Both the position numbers and the translations under genes were made by a program. This document shows positions 29,822 to 39,874 of a DNA stretch of 64,000 nt, piece after piece. Positions within the stretch are counted from its first letter, which is position 1, and each line of letters starts with the position of its first letter. The notes below the pieces were generated by a model. That model ran no database searches. It saw only the letters and a list, made by a program, of their open reading frames with translations, and was not told where the DNA came from. The DNA comes from a virus, in IMG/VR virus record IMGVR_UViG_3300009174_000002, positions 51,517 through 115,516 of that record; one strand, 5' to 3'.

Positions 29822-31242
29822 TAAACTCTTTCAATATTATAAATTATCCCTAAAATTTTTCCGTCTAACATATTTATAAATTCTTTATCCATTAAATCTT
29901 CTTCTAATCTATCTTCATCTTCCCCATTTACCTCAATATATGTTTCAATTGATTCACATTCGCTATATGAACTAAAATTTACTAATTTTTTACTTTTGCT
30001 CATAAGTTTTCTACCATTTTCTACTGCTTCATTTTCAGAATTACCTCTACAATACATATATACATCATATTTTTCTTCATCAGTAAACCATAAAACCCAA
30101 ATAGATTTTAATTTTTCAAATAATTTTTCTTTTTCTTCAATTCTTGGTTGTAATCTTCTAGCCTTAAAAATATTCTCAGGTTTATTTACTTTTTTTTTAG
30201 TCTCCATAATATATTCTTTTACTAAATTAGAAATATACCCATAAGTTCTATTTTCTACTAGAGTCTTTAGTTTAAATTCTTTTCCTTTGAATAAAGATTC
30301 ATTTAAGGTAGTTTTACTATCTATAAATTTTGTAAATTCGCTTTCCTTAAATTTATAGATTTTTTTCTTTCCTCCTTCCTTTACAATAACTTGTAATTTA
30401 CCTTTTTCTTCACATTCTTTAAAGGTATTAGGCATTACTTCAAAATTTTGATCTATATCTTCATTTATTCTAGTTTTACTACCATCTACTACATTTTGCA
30501 TTCCTTTATAAGGGTCAAAAGTTTCCATTCTTTTTTTATTAAATCCTACTGGAGTATCAAAAGAAGCCATATCTGCTGTTGTCATATCTTCTTTCAATTT
30601 TTGTTTAGGCGCTTCCTCCTTTTTTTCAAAATCTACTTTCTCATATCCATCTTCTTCCCCAGGATAATATTCATCGGCTACTTCTACTTCTGTTACACCA
30701 GGTACTTTTAAAAGATTTTTAATTTCTTCTTCGCTAGTATATTCATCGCCACAATCTGCATCTCCAGATGTCCAACATACTTTTCCATTTTCATGATTTA
30801 CATGTAATACTCCATAATCTCCGCAATGTTTTATTTGTCTGGCATTAGATTTTAATTGTTCCATATCTATTTCATCTTCTTGTAAAGGTTTTTCATCCTT
30901 TTCCTCATTTTCTTCATCTTCTCCTTCATCATCTGAATTATCATTATAGGATTGTTTTTGCCAAGAATCAGGATCTTTATCTTCGTTTTCTTTAATAAAT
31001 TTCTTAGTAGAACTACTAGATTTCCATAAAGGAGAATTATTAATCATTTCAATATATCCTTCATTAATATCTTCTTGAGTAAATTCACAAAAATCTTTAT
31101 TATACTTACTTTCAAATAAATATTTATCATCTTCAATAGAAGATAAATACATATCTGCTAAAGTTTCTTCAACTTCTTTTAAAATCAAAGTATAAGGTTC
31201 GCCCATTCTAACTTCTTTCAAAAGTTTTACTTGTTTTTTCAT
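29821..31242 (-). CDS. Multi-module putative head protein containing a capsid-like peptide and an IFKARR tag
   Basis: LKEDMTTADMASFDT, ENIFKARR, many LxE sites. Confidence 0.65.
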   Translation of the reverse strand: MKKQVKLLKEVRMGEPYTLILKEVEETLADMYLSSIEDDKYLFESKYNKDFCEFTQEDINEGYIEMINNSPLWKSSSSTKKFIKENEDKDPDSWQKQSYNDNSDDEGEDEENEEKDEKPLQEDEIDMEQLKSNARQIKHCGDYGVLHVNHENGKVCWTSGDADCGDEYTSEEEIKNLLKVPGVTEVEVADEYYPGEEDGYEKVDFEKKEEAPKQKLKEDMTTADMASFDTPVGFNKKRMETFDPYKGMQNVVDGSKTRINEDIDQNFEVMPNTFKECEEKGKLQVIVKEGGKKKIYKFKESEFTKFIDSKTTLNESLFKGKEFKLKTLVENRTYGYISNLVKEYIMETKKKVNKPENIFKARRLQPRIEEKEKLFEKLKSIWVLWFTDEEKYDVYMYCRGNSENEAVENGRKLMSKSKKLVNFSSYSECESIETYIEVNGEDEDRLEEDLMDKEFINMLDGKILGIIYNIERV

Positions 31243-31245
31243 TTA

Positions 31246-34200
31246 TTATTTTTTAAACGCTTTTATTTTTCCTGTTAATAATTGTTCGGTTTGTTCAATA
31301 TGTTCACCTATAACTTTCATAAAATGTTCTTCTGTTTGAGAAATTTTACTATACATTGGTACTATTTCATAACGATTTTGATCTTCATCTTTCAAAAATG
31401 AAAATACTTCAAATTTACATTGTTCTGCATTAATACCTAATGTTATTACACGAAAAAATTTATTTTTATTATCGCCTTTTTTATATACTCTAAACATATA
31501 TACACCATTAGGTTTAATTTGTTTTAACAACTCCAATACTGTTTTAAACTTACTTAATCTTTCTTCTACTCGTCTAGGTTTAAATAAATCATCCCCTTCA
31601 CTTTCTCCTAATTCCATCTTATAAGGTGTCGTATTATATAAATCTGCATAGGAATCTTGAGTTAAATGAGGATTGCCAGAAGAAATACTTTCTTGTATAT
31701 TTTTATTAAAAATTTTATTATGAGTATCAGAATCTAATGTCTTTTGACAAAAGTTAATAAACTCTTCTAAATTATTTCTAAAATGAATTCTATTAAAATT
31801 TTTTAATTTATACAACTTAGAATCTAAGTATTTTGTTCTAACTATACCAATTTTTTTTACTAATTGGCCAATAACTTCTAAACTTATAAATTGTGGTATA
31901 AAAAATAATGTATCAAGGAAACCTGGTAGAAAACCATATTTTTGTTTAAATTCTTCGTTTTTAATTCTTTCTTTTTCAATTCTATCTTCTATTTTACGAG
32001 GTTTGAAAAAATCATCATTTTTAGATTCTCCCAATCCTCTTACTGTAGTATAACCAAAATCAGTAGCCATAGAAGATCCTGCATCTTTACTTATTTCTTC
32101 TTCCTCGGTAAATGGCGTCATTCCCATTTTTTCAAAAGTACCCGCCTGGGCTTCATTGAATTTTTTTTTATACCCAGGATATTCACAATATTTATCATAC
32201 AATTTATCTCCTTGATGAGTTCCAGATAATGAATTAGCTAGATTTACTAATTTTCTAATGTCTGCTTCTTCATAACTATTATGATCATTATCATTATCAT
32301 TCATCATATAATACCAATCAAAGTTTTTAAGTTTATTTTCAAGTTTAAATAATACTTGTTTTAAACTAGGACCAGGTTTAGTTTTTTCTTGTATTAACCC
32401 TACATAATTTGCTTTACCTTTGTTTTTTTGTACATAATCATAAGCAGTAGAACTATCAGTAAAATAAATTGAATTATCAGTATTCAAACCATATACATTA
32501 GCTTTTAAATTTACTTTATATACATGATCATCATCTGGTCTATATAAATAATTTTCTTTTTGTAAAGCCTCTTTTAAATTAAAATAGTTATAAAAATCTT
32601 TTTGTAAACTATAGGAACTAATAATTCCTTTAGCTTGATTTACTATATCTTTTCCATCAGAGTTAGATTGTTCTAAATAATCCTCCCAACTGATACTTGC
32701 ATTATTAGTATATCCAGATTTTATTTGATCCCATTCATTTTGTGCTTCGAGATTAGGGCATCTAGCAAAATATTCATCTAATCTTCCAAGTGTATATACT
32801 GGATCGGAAACTTTATCTAAATTTAATCCTTCGTTTATTGATTTAGATTCGGTTATTTCTTGATATCTAGATCTTTTATTAAAAGGATTATCTGGACAAT
32901 GCCATTCATTTTCTATCCAATAGGCACTAGTTCTATAGATTCCATTATTTCCAAATTGATTAGGGAAATCAAGTATGGCATTACAATGTGCAGTATATAA
33001 TTCTATATCATTATTATATTTTATATTACTAGTAATTTTTGCTTTTACACTATCTTTACCATTATTATAATATACATTTATTGTCAATTCAATTATAGAT
33101 CCTACTGGAAAATTTTTATTTAATTTTTCTTCTTCATTTTTTATTAACTGTTCTCTATCTTCTATGCGCCTGGGTTTAAACAAATTTTTATTCTCTTTTA
33201 AACCATATTTTTTTGATTCTTGATATTTATGTTCTTGATTATCTGAATCATCTAAAAAATTTCCTTCCGAAGTAATATGACTAGGACTAAGTGTAATCCA
33301 CATATTTCCTTCCTCCCTTTCTGGATGATATGAGATAGAGGTAAAATCCCAATTTAATTTTCTAACTAAAGGTTTTAATAATTCAGCAAACTTAGGTACA
33401 TCTACAGGAATATTTAAATCTTTTATTTTACAAATAAAATTTAAGTAATCGGGATATAAGCTACCATAATGAATTTTACTTCCATTTATAGGTTCTAATC
33501 TATCGCCAAATACTTCTTTTATATTATTTAACAAAGAGAAGAAATCCGATTTATTAGCATTTAAAATTTTCCTGTCGGGATCAAATTCATTTATCCAATA
33601 TTCACCTCGATTTCGTTTATCAAGTTTAAATTCATTATTTTTTGATGCCTTGATATTTAATTCTTGAAATCTATTTTGTCTCTCTAATTTTTGTCTTTTT
33701 AGTTCTTCTTGTTGTCTTTGTTCTATTTTTCTAGGTTTAAAAATATCATCAGATTCATTAATCTTTTTATTTTTATTAACTAATACTTTATTACCATTTT
33801 GCAATAAATCTCCAGTATTAATCAAATATTTAGTCCATTTAGACAAATTCATACTATTTATTTGTCCTGTAAACAATTCTGCTAAATCTCTCAATCTCCA
33901 AGTTGTAGTAGCGCCAGCGCCTGGTCTAGAAATAAGCATTAGTATAACATTCCAACCTTGTGGAGATAATTTTTTCTTTAATATAGTTAAAGATGCTTTA
34001 ACTATAGGTCTTCTACCAAAATTTCGTTCAGAATATTTATCTAAAATTGCTTTTTCTTTTTCTGGGCTAATACCAGAAAAAGCTTTTTGCTTCATAGTTT
34101 CAATATTCTTTTTATATTTTAATGCATTTTCTTCAGCTCTAGATTCGTTCTGTTCTTTTCTTATTTCTTTGGCTTTTTGTATAGCATCTTTAGTAAGTTG

Positions 34201-34770
34201 AATTTGAATATCCAAATCATCTTTATTTTTATCTAAATTATCTATATATTCGTTCCAAAATATGAGAGAAGTTTCTGATATTTTTCTAAATTCATCTAAT
34301 TCAAATTTAGTATTTACATCATATTTATCAAATTTATTTTTAAAAACTTTAATTGTTTTAGAAAGAAAATTAAATAAAATACTTTTAGATTTATTATCTA
34401 TTCCCATCCATTTTAAACCCTCTTTAATATCTGTTTTTTTATCATCTACCAGTTTTTTATATGTTTTTTCTAATCTCCCTTCTAATTTCCTTGGTCTAAA
34501 AAGATTTTCGTCTTCTTCTTTCAATTGTCTAGATTCGTTGATAGGTGCTTGTAATAACTCATCAAATAATTCCTGGAAATCAGAACCTGTATTCATGAGA
34601 ATAACATTCTGATTTTTTTCTTTGTATCTTTTTAAATAATCTTGACCTTTTTCAGGATTAGCCACAATCAAATGTCTATACTCACATATATCATCAACAA
34701 TATATGTTTCCGCATCTTCCTGCCAAGGTTGTTTTAAAAATTCTTGAAACTTTTTTATAAAAAGATTCAT
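31246..34770 (-). CDS. 1174-aa apparent polyprotein with five LFKPRR-type tags
   Basis: LKEEDENLFRPRK, INESDDIFKPRK, LKENKNLFKPRR, LGESKNDDFFKPRK and LGESEGDDLFKPRR. Confidence 0.7.
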   Translation of the reverse strand: MNLFIKKFQEFLKQPWQEDAETYIVDDICEYRHLIVANPEKGQDYLKRYKEKNQNVILMNTGSDFQELFDELLQAPINESRQLKEEDENLFRPRKLEGRLEKTYKKLVDDKKTDIKEGLKWMGIDNKSKSILFNFLSKTIKVFKNKFDKYDVNTKFELDEFRKISETSLIFWNEYIDNLDKNKDDLDIQIQLTKDAIQKAKEIRKEQNESRAEENALKYKKNIETMKQKAFSGISPEKEKAILDKYSERNFGRRPIVKASLTILKKKLSPQGWNVILMLISRPGAGATTTWRLRDLAELFTGQINSMNLSKWTKYLINTGDLLQNGNKVLVNKNKKINESDDIFKPRKIEQRQQEELKRQKLERQNRFQELNIKASKNNEFKLDKRNRGEYWINEFDPDRKILNANKSDFFSLLNNIKEVFGDRLEPINGSKIHYGSLYPDYLNFICKIKDLNIPVDVPKFAELLKPLVRKLNWDFTSISYHPEREEGNMWITLSPSHITSEGNFLDDSDNQEHKYQESKKYGLKENKNLFKPRRIEDREQLIKNEEEKLNKNFPVGSIIELTINVYYNNGKDSVKAKITSNIKYNNDIELYTAHCNAILDFPNQFGNNGIYRTSAYWIENEWHCPDNPFNKRSRYQEITESKSINEGLNLDKVSDPVYTLGRLDEYFARCPNLEAQNEWDQIKSGYTNNASISWEDYLEQSNSDGKDIVNQAKGIISSYSLQKDFYNYFNLKEALQKENYLYRPDDDHVYKVNLKANVYGLNTDNSIYFTDSSTAYDYVQKNKGKANYVGLIQEKTKPGPSLKQVLFKLENKLKNFDWYYMMNDNDNDHNSYEEADIRKLVNLANSLSGTHQGDKLYDKYCEYPGYKKKFNEAQAGTFEKMGMTPFTEEEEISKDAGSSMATDFGYTTVRGLGESKNDDFFKPRKIEDRIEKERIKNEEFKQKYGFLPGFLDTLFFIPQFISLEVIGQLVKKIGIVRTKYLDSKLYKLKNFNRIHFRNNLEEFINFCQKTLDSDTHNKIFNKNIQESISSGNPHLTQDSYADLYNTTPYKMELGESEGDDLFKPRRVEERLSKFKTVLELLKQIKPNGVYMFRVYKKGDNKNKFFRVITLGINAEQCKFEVFSFLKDEDQNRYEIVPMYSKISQTEEHFMKVIGEHIEQTEQLLTGKIKAFKK

Positions 34771-35115
34771 TTATTTCTTTTTGTTTATTTTTTTTGATTC
34801 GTTATGAGCAAACATATCAGCTTTTATAGATTTTCTTGGAGAAGTATTATTAGATACAAAAGAAGAATTACTTGAGGTATTTTTATTTCTTAATAAACCT
34901 ATTTCTTCTTCTAATATTCTAACCATTTCTTCATCACTCAAAGAACCTTTATATTCATTGATAATATCATTAATTGCTCCACCAAAATCATGCTCTTCAA
35001 TACCTTCTTTTAACTTTTTCTTATTATTAGTAGAACTAACTAAAACTACTTTTTTTCCAATTTCTTTTTCAAGTAATTTTTGTAAAATTTTTATTTTTTC
35101 TTGATTTTTATTCAT
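34771..35115 (-). CDS. GKKV-leader putative head protein
   Basis: KIKILQKLLEKEIGKKVVLV. Confidence 0.6.
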   Translation of the reverse strand: MNKNQEKIKILQKLLEKEIGKKVVLVSSTNNKKKLKEGIEEHDFGGAINDIINEYKGSLSDEEMVRILEEEIGLLRNKNTSSNSSFVSNNTSPRKSIKADMFAHNESKKINKKK

Positions 35116-35124
35116 TTAATTTAT

Positions 35125-35367
35125 TTAGTCGTTAGGTAAGACCGTGTTACGTTTAGTATAAAGATTCCAAAATAAAGTTTTTAAACTTTTTTTAATTAAT
35201 GCTTTTATTTTTCTTTCATCAGAAACGGTTAACTCCTCATTTAAAACAATAAAATTCTTTTTAGGAATAAAATGTTCATCTATTCTTACTCCTTCTTTCT
35301 CGCTAATATATTTTTCAACTAGCTGTCCTCTTTTAAAATAATTAGATGATTCAGTTATTATTAACAT
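35125..35367 (-). CDS. Hypothetical virion-module protein
   Basis: 80-aa ORF in the late operon. Confidence 0.65.
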   Translation of the reverse strand: MLIITESSNYFKRGQLVEKYISEKEGVRIDEHFIPKKNFIVLNEELTVSDERKIKALIKKSLKTLFWNLYTKRNTVLPND

Positions 35368-35379
35368 TTGATTTTATAA

Positions 35380-35760
35380 TTAATCTTCTTCAGTTAAATT
35401 TAAATCCCATTCTTCTAATATATTTTGTATCATACTTTTAAACTCATTCAATGCGCCTTCTTTTAAATTAGAATATTTATTTGGAATATATTTATGTATT
35501 TCTCTATTTATACTAGTTATTAATCTAATAAAGGCAAAATGAACACCCATTCCATTTAAATAATCAACTGGTAAATTTTGATAATATTCTGAGCTAAATT
35601 CTCCCCCCACATTTTGTTTTTCTGCTACTCTAACAAAAGCTTTTGGTATTTTTTTATCTCGATCATCTAATCTTTTATTTACCCTTCTGGGTTTAAATAA
35701 ATTATTTTCATCTTCTTCAGATTCTTTTAAAGTGGTTAATATTTTAGAATTTATATTCAT
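35380..35760 (-). CDS. LFKPRR-tagged putative head protein
   Basis: MNINSKILTTLKESEEDENNLFKPRR. Confidence 0.65.
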   Translation of the reverse strand: MNINSKILTTLKESEEDENNLFKPRRVNKRLDDRDKKIPKAFVRVAEKQNVGGEFSSEYYQNLPVDYLNGMGVHFAFIRLITSINREIHKYIPNKYSNLKEGALNEFKSMIQNILEEWDLNLTEED

Positions 35761-36047
35761 TTACTAAAATTTATCCATTTCTCATTTTCCCATAAAGCAG
35801 TTCCTACATAAAATCTACCAAAAGCTTTTCTATAATAATCTACAAAATACTTACCATCAATTATATAAGGAGGTTTTGTAACTATTGAATCCAATTCCAT
35901 TAAAATATCTTTATAATATACTTTAATAGTAGTACCAACTATAATATTATCAATTGTATTTACTTTTTCAAAAATTACTTTTTTTCCACTAGCTTCCTCC
36001 AACATCTTAGTTAAGATTCTAATTCTATTATTTTTTGATTTATTCAT
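35757..36047 (-). CDS. GKKV-leader putative head protein
   Basis: RIRILTKMLEEASGKKVIFE; first gene after TATTTAAA at 36069-36076. Confidence 0.6.
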   Translation of the reverse strand: MNKSKNNRIRILTKMLEEASGKKVIFEKVNTIDNIIVGTTIKVYYKDILMELDSIVTKPPYIIDGKYFVDYYRKAFGRFYVGTALWENEKWINFSK

Positions 36048-36141
36048 TAGAATAGAAGATTCTTTTCATTTAAATATCGCCTTAAAGGTGAATTTACTTT
36101 GAAAGAATTAAATATCAAAATAAAAAAGGTGATAAAGTACT

Positions 36142-38610
36142 TTATCTTATCACCTCTGTATATTTATTTTCTTTAGAAAGTAGTATTTGAGTATTATAAA
36201 TATCTTTTAATTCATCGACATGAGATATTAAAATCAGATTTTTATAATAGTTAAGTAGCGAAGTAAATAAGACTGGAATTTTATCTAAGTTATAAGGATC
36301 AAGAACATCAAAACCTTCATCAATAATCAAGGTTTGCAACTTAGGTTGTTCGGATAATTGAGTTAATCCTACTTTAATACATAAATTAATAACAAAAGTT
36401 TCAGAACCTGAAGCCAAACTTACATCACAGGTTTCCTCATCTTTATCATTATCATATTGAAATTCTAAATTAAGTTCACCCTTTTCATTATCTATTTTAA
36501 ATGTAATATCAAAATCAAATACTTGGTTGGAAATAATATTTATTTCTTGATTAATTGCTGAAATTTTTTCATCTACTATAAAAAGGGGGAAACCATCTTT
36601 GGCAACTATTTTCTTGTAAATATTATATATTCTGATTTCTTTTTCAGATTCTTGTATTTCTTTTAATTTATTATTATACTTAACAATTTCATTTTGTAAA
36701 TTTTTAATTTTTTCCTTATTAGTTGCAGAAATAGATTTTAAAGAATAAATATTATCTTGTAAAATTTTTTTCTCTGATTTAAATTCTAATATTAATTTTT
36801 GATGATCTAGCATTAATTCTTTGGCATCTTTAATTTCTTGTTCTTTTTGTCTAGATTCTAATATTTTCTCCTTTAAAATATTAATAGTATTTTTACAAGC
36901 TCCTGTTTCTACATCATAAACTAAGTATTTTGAATCAATTTTACTAATCTCATTTTCAATAGTTAAAATTTGTTTTTCTAGGTTAGTTTTATTTTTTTCA
37001 TTGGTCTGAATAAGATTTTCTGTATCTTGTAAATCTAAATATAAATCTTTAATAGAATTATAATGAATTTGAACTTTCTCGCATTCTTTTCCTAGTTTAT
37101 TTATCTTTTCCTGTTTATTTTCTACTTCTTTTTCAATTTCTAAAATTCTATCTGTATTTTTCTTTTTATCTTTTTCAGTATAGTCTTTTCCACAACCATT
37201 ACAAACATTAATACTTAATTGTTTTCTATGTCTTTGACTTTCAGATTGTAAAACTGCTATATCTTTTTCTAAAGTATGTATTTTTTCTTTTAAACTTTTT
37301 TCAAGTTTTGAAAAATTTTCATAAGTTTCATGAAAATTTTCTTCAAATGCTAATTTAGAATCAGCAATTTTTTCTAACTCTTTTTTCTTTATTTCTTCAG
37401 TATCTAATATCTTATTTTGTAATTCAATCTTCGAGGTTTCTAAATCATATACTCTTTTCTTTAATTTTTCTACTTCTTCATCTTTTCCATTTTTAATAGT
37501 TTCTAGTTCTTTAATTCTTTTTTCCTGTTTAGAAATTTTAAATTCAATTACATCTACTTCTTCATAGGGTTGATTTACTATAGCTTCATATTTAGATAAT
37601 TTTTGTTGTTGTTCAAATATAGATTCATCTATATACTTTAATTTTTCCTCATGATTTTCAATGTTAAATTGATTGTTAATTATAAAACTATTTAAATTCT
37701 CAATTTCTTTTAATAATTCTTCTTCGTCTACTGTATTATTAAAAGATTTTATTAAACTTTCATGAACTTTATTTTTTACCGACAAATCTTCTAGTACTGC
37801 CTTATGTTTTAAAGTAAATTCCTGTAGACCTAAAAATTGATTTACATGTTTTAATCTATCCGCATTTTTACAATCAATAAAATCTACTTGCTTTTTTTGT
37901 GCAGAAAATAAAGATAGAATTTCAAACATATCTTGTGTACCAAATTGTTTTTCTATATTCTTTTCCGTTTCTTGTCTTTTTTCTCCATTTAAGTTTTCTA
38001 TTATTTCACCTTCTTTATCAATTTTATAAAACTCTAGTTCAAAACTAACATTATCAGTCTTCTTAGGTATAATAGTTCTAGTTATTTGATATCTTTCATT
38101 ATTTTTGATTAGAATTAATTCTACTATACCATTTTTACTTCTGTTATATTTGTTAATTATTTTTTTATAAGAAGTAGTATTTTGAGGTACTGTACCATGA
38201 AGACAGAATTGAATCAATTTTAAAATTGAACTATTGTGTGAAACAATTCCATTAGAATAATATTGTTTTACATCTTGTACTTGAATATCATATAAATCCT
38301 TAGTTTCAGATAATAATATAATACTTTTGATTTTTGAATCACCTTTAATAGTTTTTAATTTTTGTCCTGGATTTAGTAACTCAATTTCTTTAAATCTGCC
38401 ATTTGAGGTTTTAAACTTATGTTTAGGACTTGTTTTAATCTCCATTTCATTTTCTAAAATAGTATGAATAACTTTAGAGTTTTTAGCAGTAATATCACAA
38501 GCTTCTATTTTTTTATAACCATAAGGAGTATTTACTTTTAAATTTAAATCTCCATATTTTTTAAAAATATTATAAACTTCTCCTATTGTAATTTTTTTAT
38601 ATTGTTCCAT
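36142..38610 (-). CDS. sbcC: Split-intein C-fragment fused to the remainder of an SbcC/Rad50 (gp46-like) ATPase
   Basis: First 126 aa end YDIQV...YYSNGIVSHN, then SSILKLIQFCLHG; coiled coil; CNGC zinc hook; ASGSE signature; IIDEGFDVLD Walker B/D-loop; ISH. Confidence 0.9.
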   Translation of the reverse strand: MEQYKKITIGEVYNIFKKYGDLNLKVNTPYGYKKIEACDITAKNSKVIHTILENEMEIKTSPKHKFKTSNGRFKEIELLNPGQKLKTIKGDSKIKSIILLSETKDLYDIQVQDVKQYYSNGIVSHNSSILKLIQFCLHGTVPQNTTSYKKIINKYNRSKNGIVELILIKNNERYQITRTIIPKKTDNVSFELEFYKIDKEGEIIENLNGEKRQETEKNIEKQFGTQDMFEILSLFSAQKKQVDFIDCKNADRLKHVNQFLGLQEFTLKHKAVLEDLSVKNKVHESLIKSFNNTVDEEELLKEIENLNSFIINNQFNIENHEEKLKYIDESIFEQQQKLSKYEAIVNQPYEEVDVIEFKISKQEKRIKELETIKNGKDEEVEKLKKRVYDLETSKIELQNKILDTEEIKKKELEKIADSKLAFEENFHETYENFSKLEKSLKEKIHTLEKDIAVLQSESQRHRKQLSINVCNGCGKDYTEKDKKKNTDRILEIEKEVENKQEKINKLGKECEKVQIHYNSIKDLYLDLQDTENLIQTNEKNKTNLEKQILTIENEISKIDSKYLVYDVETGACKNTINILKEKILESRQKEQEIKDAKELMLDHQKLILEFKSEKKILQDNIYSLKSISATNKEKIKNLQNEIVKYNNKLKEIQESEKEIRIYNIYKKIVAKDGFPLFIVDEKISAINQEINIISNQVFDFDITFKIDNEKGELNLEFQYDNDKDEETCDVSLASGSETFVINLCIKVGLTQLSEQPKLQTLIIDEGFDVLDPYNLDKIPVLFTSLLNYYKNLILISHVDELKDIYNTQILLSKENKYTEVIR
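38233..38610 (-). mobile_element. Split intein C-fragment (IntC, 126 aa)
   Basis: Block B TSPKHKF, block F LYDIQV, block G SHN followed by Ser; no N-terminal Cys block A. Confidence 0.9.
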
Positions 38611-39806
38611 ATGTATTCTTTTAGATAATTTATATCGTTTGTAAATAAAGTGTTTAAACTATACTTTAAACATAAATCTTTTTTCTTTTTAGTTTTTTTA
38701 TCATATTCAACATGTACTCCTTGCAGTCCTAAATACTCGACATATAAGTTAAGTTTATTAATATAAAAATCATATTTATAACCTTTATTTCCTATGTAAT
38801 AATTGTTATACTTAAATTCTATATTATTATCTTCTAAAAATTTTGCAATTTCAAATTCTGATTGTGATCTTAACGTTAAATCTTTATATTTGATGATACT
38901 GCCATATTTTACACCAGGTTTAATTTGTCTTCTTAATAATTGAGATTTATAAAAAATTTCCATTTCATTTTTGTTAAATCCTAATTTATATCTTGTCAAG
39001 CTACTTTTACAAATTAAACGTAATATATTTTTGTTATTAATTTTATCGATCTCCTTAATAAATTCATCATGTATTTTTAAAAAATTATCAATAAAAAATT
39101 TTTTAACTTCTTTTGATTTAATTTTATTTTTTTCTAAAAAAATTTCTACAAATTTATCTCCATATTTATGATAAAATTTTTCTGGTGTTTTAGAAATTTT
39201 CTTCAAATTAATTGTTTCTAATTCTTCTTTAGTTTTACTTTTTAATTTTTCTTGCCATCTAATTTGTCTATCTTCCCATTTTTTTCTACCATTTATTTCG
39301 CCATATTTTTCAATGCATTTTCCTAATGTAAAAGTGGTTTGTCTTAAACTTCTTAATTTTTCTGCATCTTCCAGTGTATAACCTTTATCTAGCCAATATT
39401 GTAATCCAGTTGAAGATCTATTTTTAATTTTTTGGATATGATCTTGCCATTTTTTTAAACCCTTTTCTTTACCTAATTTTTTTTGCCATTTTTCTAAACT
39501 ACAAGTTTTTGTTTCTTTTAATAATTCTTTGGCTTCTTCTAAATCATATCCTTTATTTAAGTAATATTCTAATGTAGTAGGTCTTCTAATATTTAATTGT
39601 TTTTTAGCTTCTTCTAAATCATATCCTTTATCCAACCAATGTTGTAAAGAATAAGAACTAGTTTTAGGCGGTCGTTTTTCTTTAGGTATTTTTAATATAG
39701 GTTCATTAAATTTAATTTTATATTCATTTATTTTAATATCATGTGTTCTAATATGTCGTGTTAAATCAAAACTTCGGTGTCCACAAATTTTACAAATCAA
39801 TATCAT
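38583..39806 (-). CDS. Free-standing putative homing endonuclease (C2H2 finger, KGYxLExA repeats, PD-(D/E)XK-type C-terminus)
   Basis: CKICG...HIRTH; three (W/Y)L(D/N)KGYxLExA repeats; RSQSEFEIAKFL...YKYDFYI..LNLYVEYLG; located between the intein halves. Confidence 0.75.
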   Translation of the reverse strand: MILICKICGHRSFDLTRHIRTHDIKINEYKIKFNEPILKIPKEKRPPKTSSYSLQHWLDKGYDLEEAKKQLNIRRPTTLEYYLNKGYDLEEAKELLKETKTCSLEKWQKKLGKEKGLKKWQDHIQKIKNRSSTGLQYWLDKGYTLEDAEKLRSLRQTTFTLGKCIEKYGEINGRKKWEDRQIRWQEKLKSKTKEELETINLKKISKTPEKFYHKYGDKFVEIFLEKNKIKSKEVKKFFIDNFLKIHDEFIKEIDKINNKNILRLICKSSLTRYKLGFNKNEMEIFYKSQLLRRQIKPGVKYGSIIKYKDLTLRSQSEFEIAKFLEDNNIEFKYNNYYIGNKGYKYDFYINKLNLYVEYLGLQGVHVEYDKKTKKKKDLCLKYSLNTLFTNDINYLKEYIWNNIKKLQ

Positions 39807-39874
39807 TATTCGTATTTTTATTTTAAATACGATATGTTATAAATAGTTTTGGTAAATGTTCAAAACTATTTAAT

